The translations under genes were made by a program, and so were the position numbers. From Candidatus Bathyarchaeota archaeon (GTDB taxonomy: Archaea; Thermoproteota; Bathyarchaeia; Bathyarchaeales; Bathycorpusculaceae), in NCBI GenBank assembly GCA_963772455.1, contig CAVYXJ010000020.1, forward strand, positions 1-64,000: DNA of 64,000 nt, written 5' to 3'. Shown piece by piece: positions 43,382 through 53,392 of this stretch. The notes beneath the pieces are model-generated. The model saw only the letters and a program-made list of their open reading frames with translations. It did not search any database and had not been told where the DNA came from. Position 1 is the first letter of the stretch. Every line of letters begins with the position of its first letter.

Positions 43382-44089
43382 CTAAATTCTTTTCTTAGCA
43401 ATAATGATAAAACCAAAAGGATCAACCTTTGAAATCAAACTATTAAATGGAAAACCCTGAAAAGGTATTCCGTACTTTACAATTCTCACCGTGAACCCAC
43501 AATTATTCAGCTCTTTAGCTATTTCTTTTAGAGAAGGAACGCTAACGTAGTCATAATAAAATAATTTATGCAATCTAGAAGGTAAATACCCAACAAAGGG
43601 TAGAAAAGAATGCTGCTCAATTAGAAAATAACGATTTGGAAGCTGGATAGCAAAAATACCATCATCTGTCAAAACTTCGCGTATTTCTTTATAAAATCCT
43701 CTTCGGCAGTCTTCTTCTATATGTTCAAGGAGACTGAATGCTGTAACCACACTAAAGGACTTAGACTTAAAAGGCAATATACAACTATCTGCAATCAAGA
43801 AAATTGCTCGACTATCAGTAATAAACCATCTATTCAGGTCGACACCAATTGTATCCAAATTATAGATGTCAGAAATCTTTTCAGTTATATTTCCCGTTCC
43901 ACACCCAATATCCAATAACTTAAGTTCGGAAGAATTATCATCGTTAATTTTAAGACCTTGTTTTAGCTCGCTTAATAAATCTACCATAAAAGCATCTCTC
44001 TTGCCATAGAACAACGTCCCAAACGCTTTCCAAATGTTGCTCTTAACTGTCCAGTATAGACCCTCACTAGCTGAATTATCTTTAGTCAT
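43382..44089 (-). CDS. Class I SAM-dependent methyltransferase
   Basis: LLDIGCGTG, GVD, LPFKSKSF, LLEHI, LPNRYF. Confidence 0.9.
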   Translation of the reverse strand: MTKDNSASEGLYWTVKSNIWKAFGTLFYGKRDAFMVDLLSELKQGLKINDDNSSELKLLDIGCGTGNITEKISDIYNLDTIGVDLNRWFITDSRAIFLIADSCILPFKSKSFSVVTAFSLLEHIEEDCRRGFYKEIREVLTDDGIFAIQLPNRYFLIEQHSFLPFVGYLPSRLHKLFYYDYVSVPSLKEIAKELNNCGFTVRIVKYGIPFQGFPFNSLISKVDPFGFIIIAKKRI

Positions 44090-44218
44090 AATGACCCACT
44101 ATCATAATTTAAGATTATTACAAGGATATTTGTAAAGCTTGAGAACAAGGGGGACTTTTTTGTAAATAAATCAACAGTTGATCAATCAATAGAAACCCAA
44201 GTAAGCACGCTGCAAAAT

Positions 44219-45427
44219 TCATGCTTTCTTTAAATTTTGAATTACTGCCAGATACTTATCAACATATACTTGGGGTGAAAAATTCTGCTGGTAAACATTC
44301 TTAACTTTTAAAGCAGAAAAATCATTTCGGGAAAAAGTAAGCAATATATCTCTTAATTCGTTCGTACTATTAAAAATTAGTTTTTTGTCAACTTTTTCAA
44401 TTATTTCAGGCAATCCTCCCAGATTTGAAGTAATTACTGGCGTCCCAACTGAGAGAGCTTCCAAAGCTACTAAAGGCGCATTTTCCGACCAAATAGAAGG
44501 AATTATTACAGCTAATGCATTTGAGTACAAGGAATATTTGGTTTGGTTGTCAACAAAGCCTAAAAACAAAACAAGATTACTTAGAGAATTTTTCTTGATG
44601 AATTCACGAATATACGGACTGAGACTCCCGCCACCTGCAATTATTAATTTTGTTTTTAAATTGTCCCTTTGTTCTTTGAAAAGTTCTAAAAGTGTTAGAA
44701 TTCCTTTATGTTTTTCTAGCATACCTAGAAAAAGAAAATAATTCTCATAATTTGAAGAAACGATATTATCGGGTGGGGATGGAACAAAATTAGGCAAAGT
44801 AATGCTAGAAACGTCTACTTCTTTTATGAGCTGTTTTCGAAGGTATTCACTTGGAGATATCAGAAGATCAATATTCTTTATAGCCATCTTGAAGTTTCTA
44901 CATGAACGCCAAATCTGAGGAACTTTTCTATATTTAAGGGAACATGAAGAACAATTCTTCACTTTACAAATCTCTTCTTGATTCTTGAGTAGGTTATTTG
45001 TAGGACAGATTAACCAATAGTCATGAGCTGTATACAAAGAAAGATAGTCGGATCTTTTCCTTAGAACGTCATAACCCAAAAGAGAAATGTTATGATGATG
45101 AACCACATCAGGGCGAATTGCTTTTACAGCTTCTGAAAATTTTCTACTCACCCACAAAGAATTGCCAAAAGTGTAAATAATTAATGGATCCAGAGTTCTT
45201 AGCGGCGATTCAAGTGTGTTAATAAAGAGATTTTTTTGTGCTTGAATTTGTTTTCTGGGTAATTGTTCGCCTCGTTTTATCTTATAAGCATCTAAACTAT
45301 GTATTACGTGCACTTCGTGGCCGCGCTTTACGAGCTCTTCTGCTAAATATTTAACATGAGTAGCATCTCCACCAATATGATACGGTGGATAGAAACTACT
45401 CGATAAAAGAAATTTTAGACCCTTCAT
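44219..45427 (-). CDS. Glycosyltransferase family 4
   Basis: FYPPYHIGG, PDVVHHHN, TAHDYWLICP, HKGI, PSIWSENAPLVALEALSVGTPVI. Confidence 0.95.
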   Translation of the reverse strand: MKGLKFLLSSSFYPPYHIGGDATHVKYLAEELVKRGHEVHVIHSLDAYKIKRGEQLPRKQIQAQKNLFINTLESPLRTLDPLIIYTFGNSLWVSRKFSEAVKAIRPDVVHHHNISLLGYDVLRKRSDYLSLYTAHDYWLICPTNNLLKNQEEICKVKNCSSCSLKYRKVPQIWRSCRNFKMAIKNIDLLISPSEYLRKQLIKEVDVSSITLPNFVPSPPDNIVSSNYENYFLFLGMLEKHKGILTLLELFKEQRDNLKTKLIIAGGGSLSPYIREFIKKNSLSNLVLFLGFVDNQTKYSLYSNALAVIIPSIWSENAPLVALEALSVGTPVITSNLGGLPEIIEKVDKKLIFNSTNELRDILLTFSRNDFSALKVKNVYQQNFSPQVYVDKYLAVIQNLKKA

Positions 45428-45756
45428 ATCAAATTCTTTTCTCTTTAATAATTATGGAACTGTAAGCAAAAAATATGAAAATTCTATTTAGGAAACCTGG
45501 AAACACTAAATTTTATCACCATTGTTGAAACTTTAATAACATATTTAATTTTTGATTTTTGTAGGTTAAAGAAATTCAATGTTTCTGTTTCTTTTTAATT
45601 AAAATTGATTTTTATTCAAGTGGTTTCAATTTTTTAAGTTATATTACTAAACCGAAGAGCCAAATATTGTATTTGTGTTAAACAAGTTAGCATCTTTGTT
45701 GTAGGTAATTAAACTTTATATATTGAACCTTAAGATTCAATATAGTTGTTGAGCCC

Positions 45757-46965
45757 TTGATGAAGAAGTGTCAAACTCTTGCAATTGCTGTGTTTTTTAT
45801 CACTATATTTTTATTAATTGGTCCAGTGCTTGCAGCAAGACCAACGCCAACACACAGTCCGTCTCCAAGCCCAACCCCTACGCCAACCCAATCTCCAACA
45901 CCTACACCCAGCCCTTCTCCAAGTCCAACTCCAACCATTACACCAACACCAAGTCCCTCTCCTACACCTACAATAAGTCCATCACCAACTCCAACAATAA
46001 GCCCGACACCATCGCCTTCTCCGACACCAACCATTACTCCAAGTCCAACCCCTGCGCCAACGCCATCTTCAATACCCACACCCAGCTCTTCTCCTACTCC
46101 AACCCCAACTCCGGTTCCAACAGCCACCCCCTCACCAACACCCACGCCAACAACAGTTCCAACGCCTATTCCAACCGTCACTCCTAACCCAACCCCAACT
46201 CCAACACCCACGCCAACACCGACACCCTCAATTACTCCAACTCCAACCCCAACGCCCACACCAACACCTAAAAAAGAAGTTATCTCGTTTCTTTCCCACG
46301 GCATATTCATCAATACAACTCCCACTCCAACGCCTTCACCCACTCCATCTCAAATTAATTTAGTACCTATCCCTACCGGTTGGAGCACATCAACTAACGG
46401 AATGCATCTAGCAATTGGCGGAGTATCAAACGACGTTCTTGACTACAATGTAAAATACAATGGAAACCCAACAATAAGACAAGACCCCGTAGGATCAACA
46501 GATAATTACTGCCGAGAAGTAGATGGACCATATATCACCGTAAAACCAGGAGACCATATCGTATTCTCAGTATGGATAAAAACATCAGCAAGCACACTCG
46601 GCGATCCAAGCAATCAAGCAGGTGGAGCATACGGCATTGATATTTATGGTTCTAATGGACGTATAACAGGACTTAATTCTCCGAGTGGAGGAGCAAACTG
46701 GACTCCATCAGGAGGATGGAATCTAGATAGTTACTTGAATTTTGTACCTTGGGGAACAAATACATGGGTTCTGCGAACAATGGATTTTGTGGTACCTGCT
46801 AACTATTTTGCAGATCCATTCAACGGTGCTGGTGGATACACAGCTGGAACAGTTGTAGTACCTACTGGAATAATTCCGGTACTCACAGTTTACAGTATAA
46901 CCAATGGTTACACGGATGGTGGTTCGGCATGGTTCGCCGATCCCAAGCTGACGATTAATCCATAA
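45757..46965 (+). CDS. Secreted protein: signal peptide, long Pro/Thr/Ser stalk, C-terminal domain X; no TM anchor
   Basis: PT repeats over ~45841-46350; [11 protein letters not shown]...[14 protein letters not shown]...[14 protein letters not shown]. Confidence 0.82.
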   Translation: MMKKCQTLAIAVFFITIFLLIGPVLAARPTPTHSPSPSPTPTPTQSPTPTPSPSPSPTPTITPTPSPSPTPTISPSPTPTISPTPSPSPTPTITPSPTPAPTPSSIPTPSSSPTPTPTPVPTATPSPTPTPTTVPTPIPTVTPNPTPTPTPTPTPTPSITPTPTPTPTPTPKKEVISFLSHGIFINTTPTPTPSPTPSQINLVPIPTGWSTSTNGMHLAIGGVSNDVLDYNVKYNGNPTIRQDPVGSTDNYCREVDGPYITVKPGDHIVFSVWIKTSASTLGDPSNQAGGAYGIDIYGSNGRITGLNSPSGGANWTPSGGWNLDSYLNFVPWGTNTWVLRTMDFVVPANYFADPFNGAGGYTAGTVVVPTGIIPVLTVYSITNGYTDGGSAWFADPKLTINP

Positions 46966-47082
46966 AACAGAATATGAATCTTTTTTCAAACAAATTTAAG
47001 CGTTAAAGGAATCGTTCACATTCGACGGCTCCATAATAGGAGAGTAAACTCAACAACTCTTCTTTTTTTTCTTGATAATGCA

Positions 47083-48270
47083 TTATTGTAAAATTCCTTT
47101 GAAAAATTTATCAATCTTTGGAAAATTATTTTCTAAAGAGAAAACGTCTGGATTTTTAAGAGCGTTTTTCCGATAATTAACTAATAAAGACTTATCATAT
47201 AATTTGTTCTTCAGATCAAGATAATCTTTGTAGGCAAAACCTATCTGATATTCGTTTATTGTATCTTCACACCCCTGGAGATAACCTTCTGGAAGAATGA
47301 TCGGAATTCCTGCGAGCAGAGCAGCTGAAAACCTTTGGGGTACGCTATTACGATACCTTGCTAAGTCTGAAGACAACCAGAAATTGTATGTAACTAAACA
47401 TGCATCGAATTGCGTTAAAAAAGTCGTAAAAGTGCCATCTGCAATTTCTTCATGACTAAATCGGTTGAATTGATGAATAAAAGCTTCGTTTTTTACCGTA
47501 CGCCCTTTTCTTTGACGTTCTTGTGCATGTCCATACCAACCTAGTTGGTCTAGATTGCACATATGTACGTGAATTTTCATGGAGGCAATTTCTTCAATTT
47601 GTGGAAGAATCTCGCGATCGTCAATTCCGATGAAGACTATATGAGGTTGACCGTCAACTTCCGAGAGAAGAGGTAATCTTTTTTGGTAATATAGCTTTTT
47701 AGGGAAACATTCTAAAAAAATCAAATTTTGGCCAAGAGGAATACCAAACGTACTTTGCATATAGTTGTACATTACTCGAGTAGGAAATATCCGTCCTTCT
47801 AGTTTATTCACTATTCTTTTATTGAAGAAGTTTTCAGTTTTAGAACTGAACCTATTGCTGTTGCATGGATATGTCAGAAACTCATAAACAATAGGTTTAT
47901 GGAATTTTTGCACCTTTCCTATCTCGGGAAGACCGAAAGAGCCCCAGTTTCCATAAATTAAATCTATATCCTTTATTTCGTTCTTAATTTGTGAGAGATT
48001 ATCCCACTTAAAGTCGAAGTTTTTTGTCATGCTGTAAAAAATAGCTTTTCTATACCATTTTAGAGGACCCTTTAAAATAGCTCTAATCTTACTGTTTTCA
48101 TAAAGATTTTTGACAGGAATGTTTGTCCCAAAAACTCTCTCACGAAACGCCCAATCTGAAGTATTTATCACTGTAACTTCATAGCCATGTTCTGACAAGT
48201 AAGGTAGAAAAAATTCAACTGCTTGGGTTAATTGACCTAGAAATAATAATTTTACAGACATTACAAGCAC
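47083..48270 (-). CDS. Hypothetical protein, divergent GT-B glycosyltransferase
   Basis: PHIVFIG, FDACLV, SVPQRFSAALLAGIPII, YQIGF; cluster context. Confidence 0.6.
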   Translation of the reverse strand: MLVMSVKLLFLGQLTQAVEFFLPYLSEHGYEVTVINTSDWAFRERVFGTNIPVKNLYENSKIRAILKGPLKWYRKAIFYSMTKNFDFKWDNLSQIKNEIKDIDLIYGNWGSFGLPEIGKVQKFHKPIVYEFLTYPCNSNRFSSKTENFFNKRIVNKLEGRIFPTRVMYNYMQSTFGIPLGQNLIFLECFPKKLYYQKRLPLLSEVDGQPHIVFIGIDDREILPQIEEIASMKIHVHMCNLDQLGWYGHAQERQRKGRTVKNEAFIHQFNRFSHEEIADGTFTTFLTQFDACLVTYNFWLSSDLARYRNSVPQRFSAALLAGIPIILPEGYLQGCEDTINEYQIGFAYKDYLDLKNKLYDKSLLVNYRKNALKNPDVFSLENNFPKIDKFFKGILQ

Positions 48271-48459
48271 TCAAATCTATTAAAAAAATCTAAATCTCAA
48301 AATTTCTTCGTTATCCGTTTGTGCATTATAAAATTAATTTGCCATAACAAAGTTGTAAAAGTTTTCAGCATCAGAAATTTTCAGCTTGATATTTTACTTG
48401 CAACTTCTTACCTAGAAGTAATCCTTTACCAAATATCATGATCTATTTACGCTCTAAAG

Positions 48460-49557
48460 TCATTTGGCGATCGCGAAATATATTTTTTCTATCTGATTTG
48501 TTATTTTATCCCAATCATAATTATTCCTAATTCGATCAATAGCTTTTTGTTGCATTCTATCAACTAATTCTGGATTTTCAATTAAAAACTGAAGCTTTTC
48601 CTTCAGATCCCCAGAATCGCCATGCTTGAATAAATAACCTGCATCTCCAACAGTTTCAATATTTTCTGGAATATCACTCACTAAAACGCATTTCCCTAAC
48701 GCCATTGCCGTGAGCAAAGCCGGAGAAGTACCTTCGAGCTCAGATGGCGTTACATAAATATATGCGTTTTTAACCAAGTTTTCGTAATCTTTTCCATAAA
48801 CGTATCCTAAAAACTTTGTATTTTTATTAGCATTTTTCTTTAGAGACCTTTCGTATTCTTTATCATATGGGTCGCTACCGACAATAACTAACTCAAAATC
48901 TGTGTTTATTCTCTTGAATGCCTCAACTAAAAAGTGAACACCCTTCTCATGCACTAATCTACCAACAAAAATTATGTATTTTTTATCTTTAAGTTTTTTT
49001 ATGTTAAGAATACTTTTATCAGGCTCTGATATATCGACGTTAGCTCCATAAGGAACATAGATTGGAGATCTTCCAAAGTTCTCACCATACCAAGCTTGGA
49101 CAGACTTAGAATCTACAATTGTAGCATTTGGAAAGTATAGAGCGAATTGAGCGGTTGAACGGAGAATTTTTCTCACCCATGAAGGGTAACTTAATCTTTT
49201 CCAAACTAATCCGTCAAGAGTAAGAACAGATTTAGAGGAAAATATTCTGGGAATAGAAGTAAAAGGCCAAGCATCAGAACCAAAAAAATGAACAACATCA
49301 AATTTTGTAGGTAATGTATCTAAAGCAGAGATAAATCCGCGAAAAGGAAAATCTAAAAATTTATTTTTTAGACAAGGGACATATTTCAATTGAACGTTTT
49401 TGTAGGATTTCTCCTGTGGTTTTTGATTTCTGTAACCACAATAAACAGTTACTTCATGCCCTTTATCAGCAAGCCGTGTAGCAACTTCTTCTACGCATGT
49501 CTCAAAACCACCGTAATTGGCAGGTATGCCCATAGTACCTACATAAGCAATTTTCAT
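48460..49557 (-). CDS. Glycosyltransferase family 4 (DUF1972-type N-terminus)
   Basis: GTMGIPANYGGFET, DGLVWKR, FVGRLVHEKG, PSELEGTSPALLTAMALG, SDIPEN. Confidence 0.93.
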   Translation of the reverse strand: MKIAYVGTMGIPANYGGFETCVEEVATRLADKGHEVTVYCGYRNQKPQEKSYKNVQLKYVPCLKNKFLDFPFRGFISALDTLPTKFDVVHFFGSDAWPFTSIPRIFSSKSVLTLDGLVWKRLSYPSWVRKILRSTAQFALYFPNATIVDSKSVQAWYGENFGRSPIYVPYGANVDISEPDKSILNIKKLKDKKYIIFVGRLVHEKGVHFLVEAFKRINTDFELVIVGSDPYDKEYERSLKKNANKNTKFLGYVYGKDYENLVKNAYIYVTPSELEGTSPALLTAMALGKCVLVSDIPENIETVGDAGYLFKHGDSGDLKEKLQFLIENPELVDRMQQKAIDRIRNNYDWDKITNQIEKIYFAIAK

Positions 49558-49707
49558 AAAATCAACATCAAAAAAATTTTGTTTAAGACTAATTATAAAA
49601 ATAACGTTATTTTTCTTGACCAGTCAATTGTTGATAAACGAGAAGTGTTTTTTTTAAATATAACACTGAACCCTATTAATGTAAATTAACTAATTACAAT
49701 TAGTTTT

Positions 49708-50590
49708 TCATGCACGTTTCCAAAAGGTGTTAATGTATTCTTTCAAAGCTTCTTCCCAATGTCTAGTTGAATCTAACCCAAGTAGTTCGAGCTTGTAATT
49801 CCTTGACATTTCTGATCTAGCTCTTGCAGCGGGCAAAGGAAAATACGCTGAACTAACCGGTTCTACAGTCACATCTGCACCCATGAATTCAACAATTTTT
49901 TTTGCCACATCAAACCTTGATCCAATACCTTTGTTAGTACAATGATAAAGTCCATAAAACCCAGTTTGTGTCAAATCAATCAAACATTTAGAAAAGTCAT
50001 AAACATACGTTGGACTGCCGATTTTATCATTAACCGCTTTTAGTTTTTTTGTGTCAGATATTTGTTTGATGATTTTTCCGATGAACTTTTTGTCTTTTTC
50101 TGGTCCACCGCCCACCATCCAACCTGCACGAATAATGTAGAATCTTTTTAATAGATTCTGAACAATTTTTTCGCCTTCAAGTTTGCTGCGGCCATAAACA
50201 TTAATCGGATTTGGTTCATCAAATTCAGTGTAAGGTTCTGGTTTGTCACCGTAAAATACACCTAAAGTACTAATGTATACCATGTCTATGTTCAACTTTT
50301 GACAGACTAAGGCAACATTCTGTGTTCCTATAGTGTTTGTCATAAAGGCATGGTCAGGTTCGACTTCACATTTATCAACGTCGGTTTCTGCTGCTAAATG
50401 CATTACAATATCGGGTTTAATTTTTTCCACCATGTCGTTTACTTGATTGAAATTACGTACATCCATGTATTTGGTTTCGTTATTTGAAGGTGTAAGATCT
50501 GTTGCTATTACATTGTAATTTCTCTTTTTAAGCGCAGGACATAATGCGCTACCTAGGCATTCCATCTGAACCTGTTACAAGCACTATCAT
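49708..50590 (-). CDS. rmlD: dTDP-4-dehydrorhamnose reductase; frameshift near 50560
   Basis: ATG 50590 MIVLVTGSDGM-LG; HLAAETDVDKCE, YIST, PNPINVYGRSKLEGE (YxxxK), GSPTY. Confidence 0.9.
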
Positions 50591-50816
50591 TTCAAGTCAT
50601 CCTATGGTTGAAATCTATTCTCTTAACTATCTTGATGCTATATTTAAACCGTTTAGAATTGAAATAAAGATGACTTGTCAGTATTGGGGATACTCAAATC
50701 TACCATTAAAAATATAATTTTAGCTGTGTCAGACCTTAAATAATCTTGAAATCCAAAAAACTTCTCCAGCTTCTATAACCGCTGAAATCAAGACATCAAA
50801 GTCATTGGAAAAAAAT

Positions 50817-51416
50817 TTATTGGATCATATTCAAAACTAAATTTACATATCTATTATGATATTGTGAAGCACCAATAGTAGAATTGTAGATCCAAAGTTC
50901 AACAAGAAGACTATAATAATAACCTGTTTTGTCTGAGTTCCATTCTGATTCTTTGATCGTTGAATAATTTACTCCATTAATAGTTATACTAGATAAGCGA
51001 GAAAAGCCGTTAGTAGCAATAAAGTCATTTACCTGGAACGTTATCTTTTGTTCCCATTTTTCGCCGCTCGCGATAAATAAATTGGTTTCGTACAATTTAG
51101 GAATGGAGCTTGAAGTTCCTAGAGTTGCATTAGGGAGAGAATCAGTTACGTTTCGAATCTTAACAACACATGTATAATACGAAGAGGAACCCATCTCGTT
51201 GAGAACACCTAAATAAACAGAATATACAACCCCACTTTTGATGTTAAACGGAACATCTTTCAAAACGTGATTGGGTCCAAGGACATAGATACCCGAAAAT
51301 TGCTCCCCTACAGGAGGATTAACCAAAATAGCAATTGTTGGAGAAGCAAACAATAAGACACCTATCAAACCAATTGCTACAAAGATAATCCGTAAATTAT
51401 CAAGTTGTATTCTCAA
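50817..51416 (-). CDS. DUF1616-family protein, C-terminal (one TM plus soluble beta-sandwich) half
   Basis: PPVGEQFSGIYVLGP...VPFNI...VYLGVLNEMG...Y matches the DUF1616 C-terminal signature (E.F..fYiLG...P....G..N.E). Confidence 0.72.
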   Translation of the reverse strand: MRIQLDNLRIIFVAIGLIGVLLFASPTIAILVNPPVGEQFSGIYVLGPNHVLKDVPFNIKSGVVYSVYLGVLNEMGSSSYYTCVVKIRNVTDSLPNATLGTSSSIPKLYETNLFIASGEKWEQKITFQVNDFIATNGFSRLSSITINGVNYSTIKESEWNSDKTGYYYSLLVELWIYNSTIGASQYHNRYVNLVLNMIQ

Positions 51417-51925
51417 TCACCTTAGGCTTCATATGAAGTTGTTTTCTCAAATGAGCATGCTTAAGTTTGCGCCAAACAAAAAACAATAATATCCCGAATA
51501 TTATTGAGCCAGCAATGCTAAAAATTAGAGTAAAAAATACATTAATCTGTGAGTTACTTAGGCTTTCATTTCGCAGAATAACAGCGTCAGCATTAACCTG
51601 ATCTGCTATCTGATGAACATTTTTCAAAATCGATGTAACGTTTTCTAAATTACCACTATTGTATTTGTTTTGAGCTTCGGATAAAAATTCGCCTGCAATA
51701 TTTAGTTTTACTAAGAGTTCGCTGATGTCTGCACCAGCTTTTTCAGCATTTAAAACAGAGTTGAAAGCTTGTTTCAGTGCATCATTAGTTGTCTGAAAAT
51801 TCAATATGGTCTGATCGGTTTGAGCGAAAACAAAACGTTCATCATTAAAAAAAGATCCTAAAAAAACAAATACAAATAATGTTAAAACAAGATATCTGGA
51901 AATAAACCTTATTTTTTGAAGCCTC
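51400..51925 (-). CDS. Hypothetical exported helical protein with C-terminal TM; start uncertain
   Basis: ORF 51400-51804 (AFNSVLNAEKAGADISEL...TM). The frame is open upstream through a signal-like segment (RYLVLTLFVFVFLGSF...VFA). Confidence 0.65.
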
Positions 51926-51964
51926 CTAGATCAACAGTTAAAATTTATTTTATAAAAAATGGCT

Positions 51965-52684
51965 TTAGTATGTTGTTTCTAATATTATTCGTTTTAGAAT
52001 TTCGGCGCCGTTCTTGATCCCTAATTTTTTTTCGCCTAATCTTTCGCGATATTTAATTGGAACCTCCACAGTGCTAAATCCTTCCCGTTCGACATGTTGA
52101 TTAAGCTCTACTTCTATATCAAAACCCTTTGATTTTACTTTCCAGTTTTTGATAATTTTCGCACGAACTACTCGTAACCCAGTGAGAGGATCGGCTAATG
52201 TGATTCCATTTAGTAGGTTGTGTGTAAAGGCTATGAGACGGTTTCCCAGGTAAAAAACGGTGTTAAGCGATTTCATATCTTCGTAACCGTTGAATCGGTT
52301 ACCACAGACCATGCCCACATCGGGGTTTCTGTCTAAAATCTTGATCATCTCAGGAAGATATTGGGCTGGGTATGTGTAGTCAGCATCTGTTAGAACTATG
52401 TAATCAACTGTTGAATCAATATGTTCAATAGCCTTGGCGATTGCGTCGCCCTTTCCTAAGCCATCCTGCAAAGCAATTTCTGCACCCAAATTTTTAGCTA
52501 TCTCTAAAGTTCTATCCGTGCTTCTTCCATCAACAACCAGAACACGTGGACACCCAAGGGTATCTATAAGTTCCGTAATTGTGAGACCTATACCTTCTTC
52601 CTCGTTTAACGCAGCTATGATTACCTGCGTTGAGAAGATATCCTGTTTTTCAGCTTTGGCCAAACAATCAGCACGCCTTTGCAA
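51965..52684 (-). CDS. Glycosyltransferase family 2, dolichol-phosphate sugar synthase (DPM1-like)
   Basis: AALNEEEGI, VVDGRSTD, GKGDA, TDADYTYP, DPLTGLR, FDIEVEL, VPIKYRERLGEKKL. Confidence 0.92.
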   Translation of the reverse strand: MQRRADCLAKAEKQDIFSTQVIIAALNEEEGIGLTITELIDTLGCPRVLVVDGRSTDRTLEIAKNLGAEIALQDGLGKGDAIAKAIEHIDSTVDYIVLTDADYTYPAQYLPEMIKILDRNPDVGMVCGNRFNGYEDMKSLNTVFYLGNRLIAFTHNLLNGITLADPLTGLRVVRAKIIKNWKVKSKGFDIEVELNQHVEREGFSTVEVPIKYRERLGEKKLGIKNGAEILKRIILETTY

Positions 52685-52825
52685 TATACCTTGATGATAA
52701 AGTCTTATTTAAGACGATATACAAAAAAATGGAATATGTCATCAAAATCAACTCTAATTATTAAATAGATATTTTGAATTTTTTGGGTTAATCTAATTCT
52801 AAGCCAAGAGTCGGGTCAAAATAAT

Positions 52826-52969
52826 TTAATTTTGGTGAATTATCATTATAGTTTTTGGTTTGATTGCTTGTTTTTTGGATCCGACTAAGTATGTGCCCCA
52901 ACCAATAACCCATAAAAGAACAGCAATTGGCATGACAATGTATGATATGGTTTTGTTATGTCTTGGCAT
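52826..52969 (-). CDS. Small single-TM hypothetical protein; 3' end uncertain
   Basis: Manual translation MPRHNKTISYIVMPIAVLLWVIGWGTYLVGSKKQ...; below the ORF-track cutoff. Confidence 0.45.
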   Translation of the reverse strand: MPRHNKTISYIVMPIAVLLWVIGWGTYLVGSKKQAIKPKTIMIIHQN

Positions 52970-53392
52970 ATTCAATCTAAAATACTGAGAAAGTTATTAA
53001 GAATGTTATTACAAGTGCATTTAAATTATAAATTCATAATATTTCAGTATTTAGTTATTTGTGTAAATTTTTTTAAATCAAGAAATTTAAATTTGAAGCT
53101 AATAATATAGCAAAATGCATCAAAAAAAGCAATTTTTAACATGCAAAGATAGGGCTTGAATTTTAAAAACTTAAAGTCACCACTGTAAAATCCCTTCCTG
53201 ACAGAAGTGGAAAAATCTAGAAAGTCAGCTAATTGAAAATCTTTCATTCATGCTCCTAGGATAGTCATCACTTTTTGGATGAACCATCTTTTAAGTTTTG
53301 TGCATCATAGGATCTGGAAACTTGGAAACAAACAAGTGATAATATTCGCAGGTTTACCAATTTCATTAACTTAGAGTGATTTCCGAATTTTG

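Noticed and set aside
45771-46343. Gly/Val-repeat ORFs (also 8677-8910, 13429-13701, 15543-15818)
   Set aside because: Antisense shadows of Pro/Thr stalks in real genes.
38764-46500. Repeat pairs as DGR template/variable regions
   Set aside because: No reverse transcriptase, both copies are coding, and too few mismatches to show adenine specificity.
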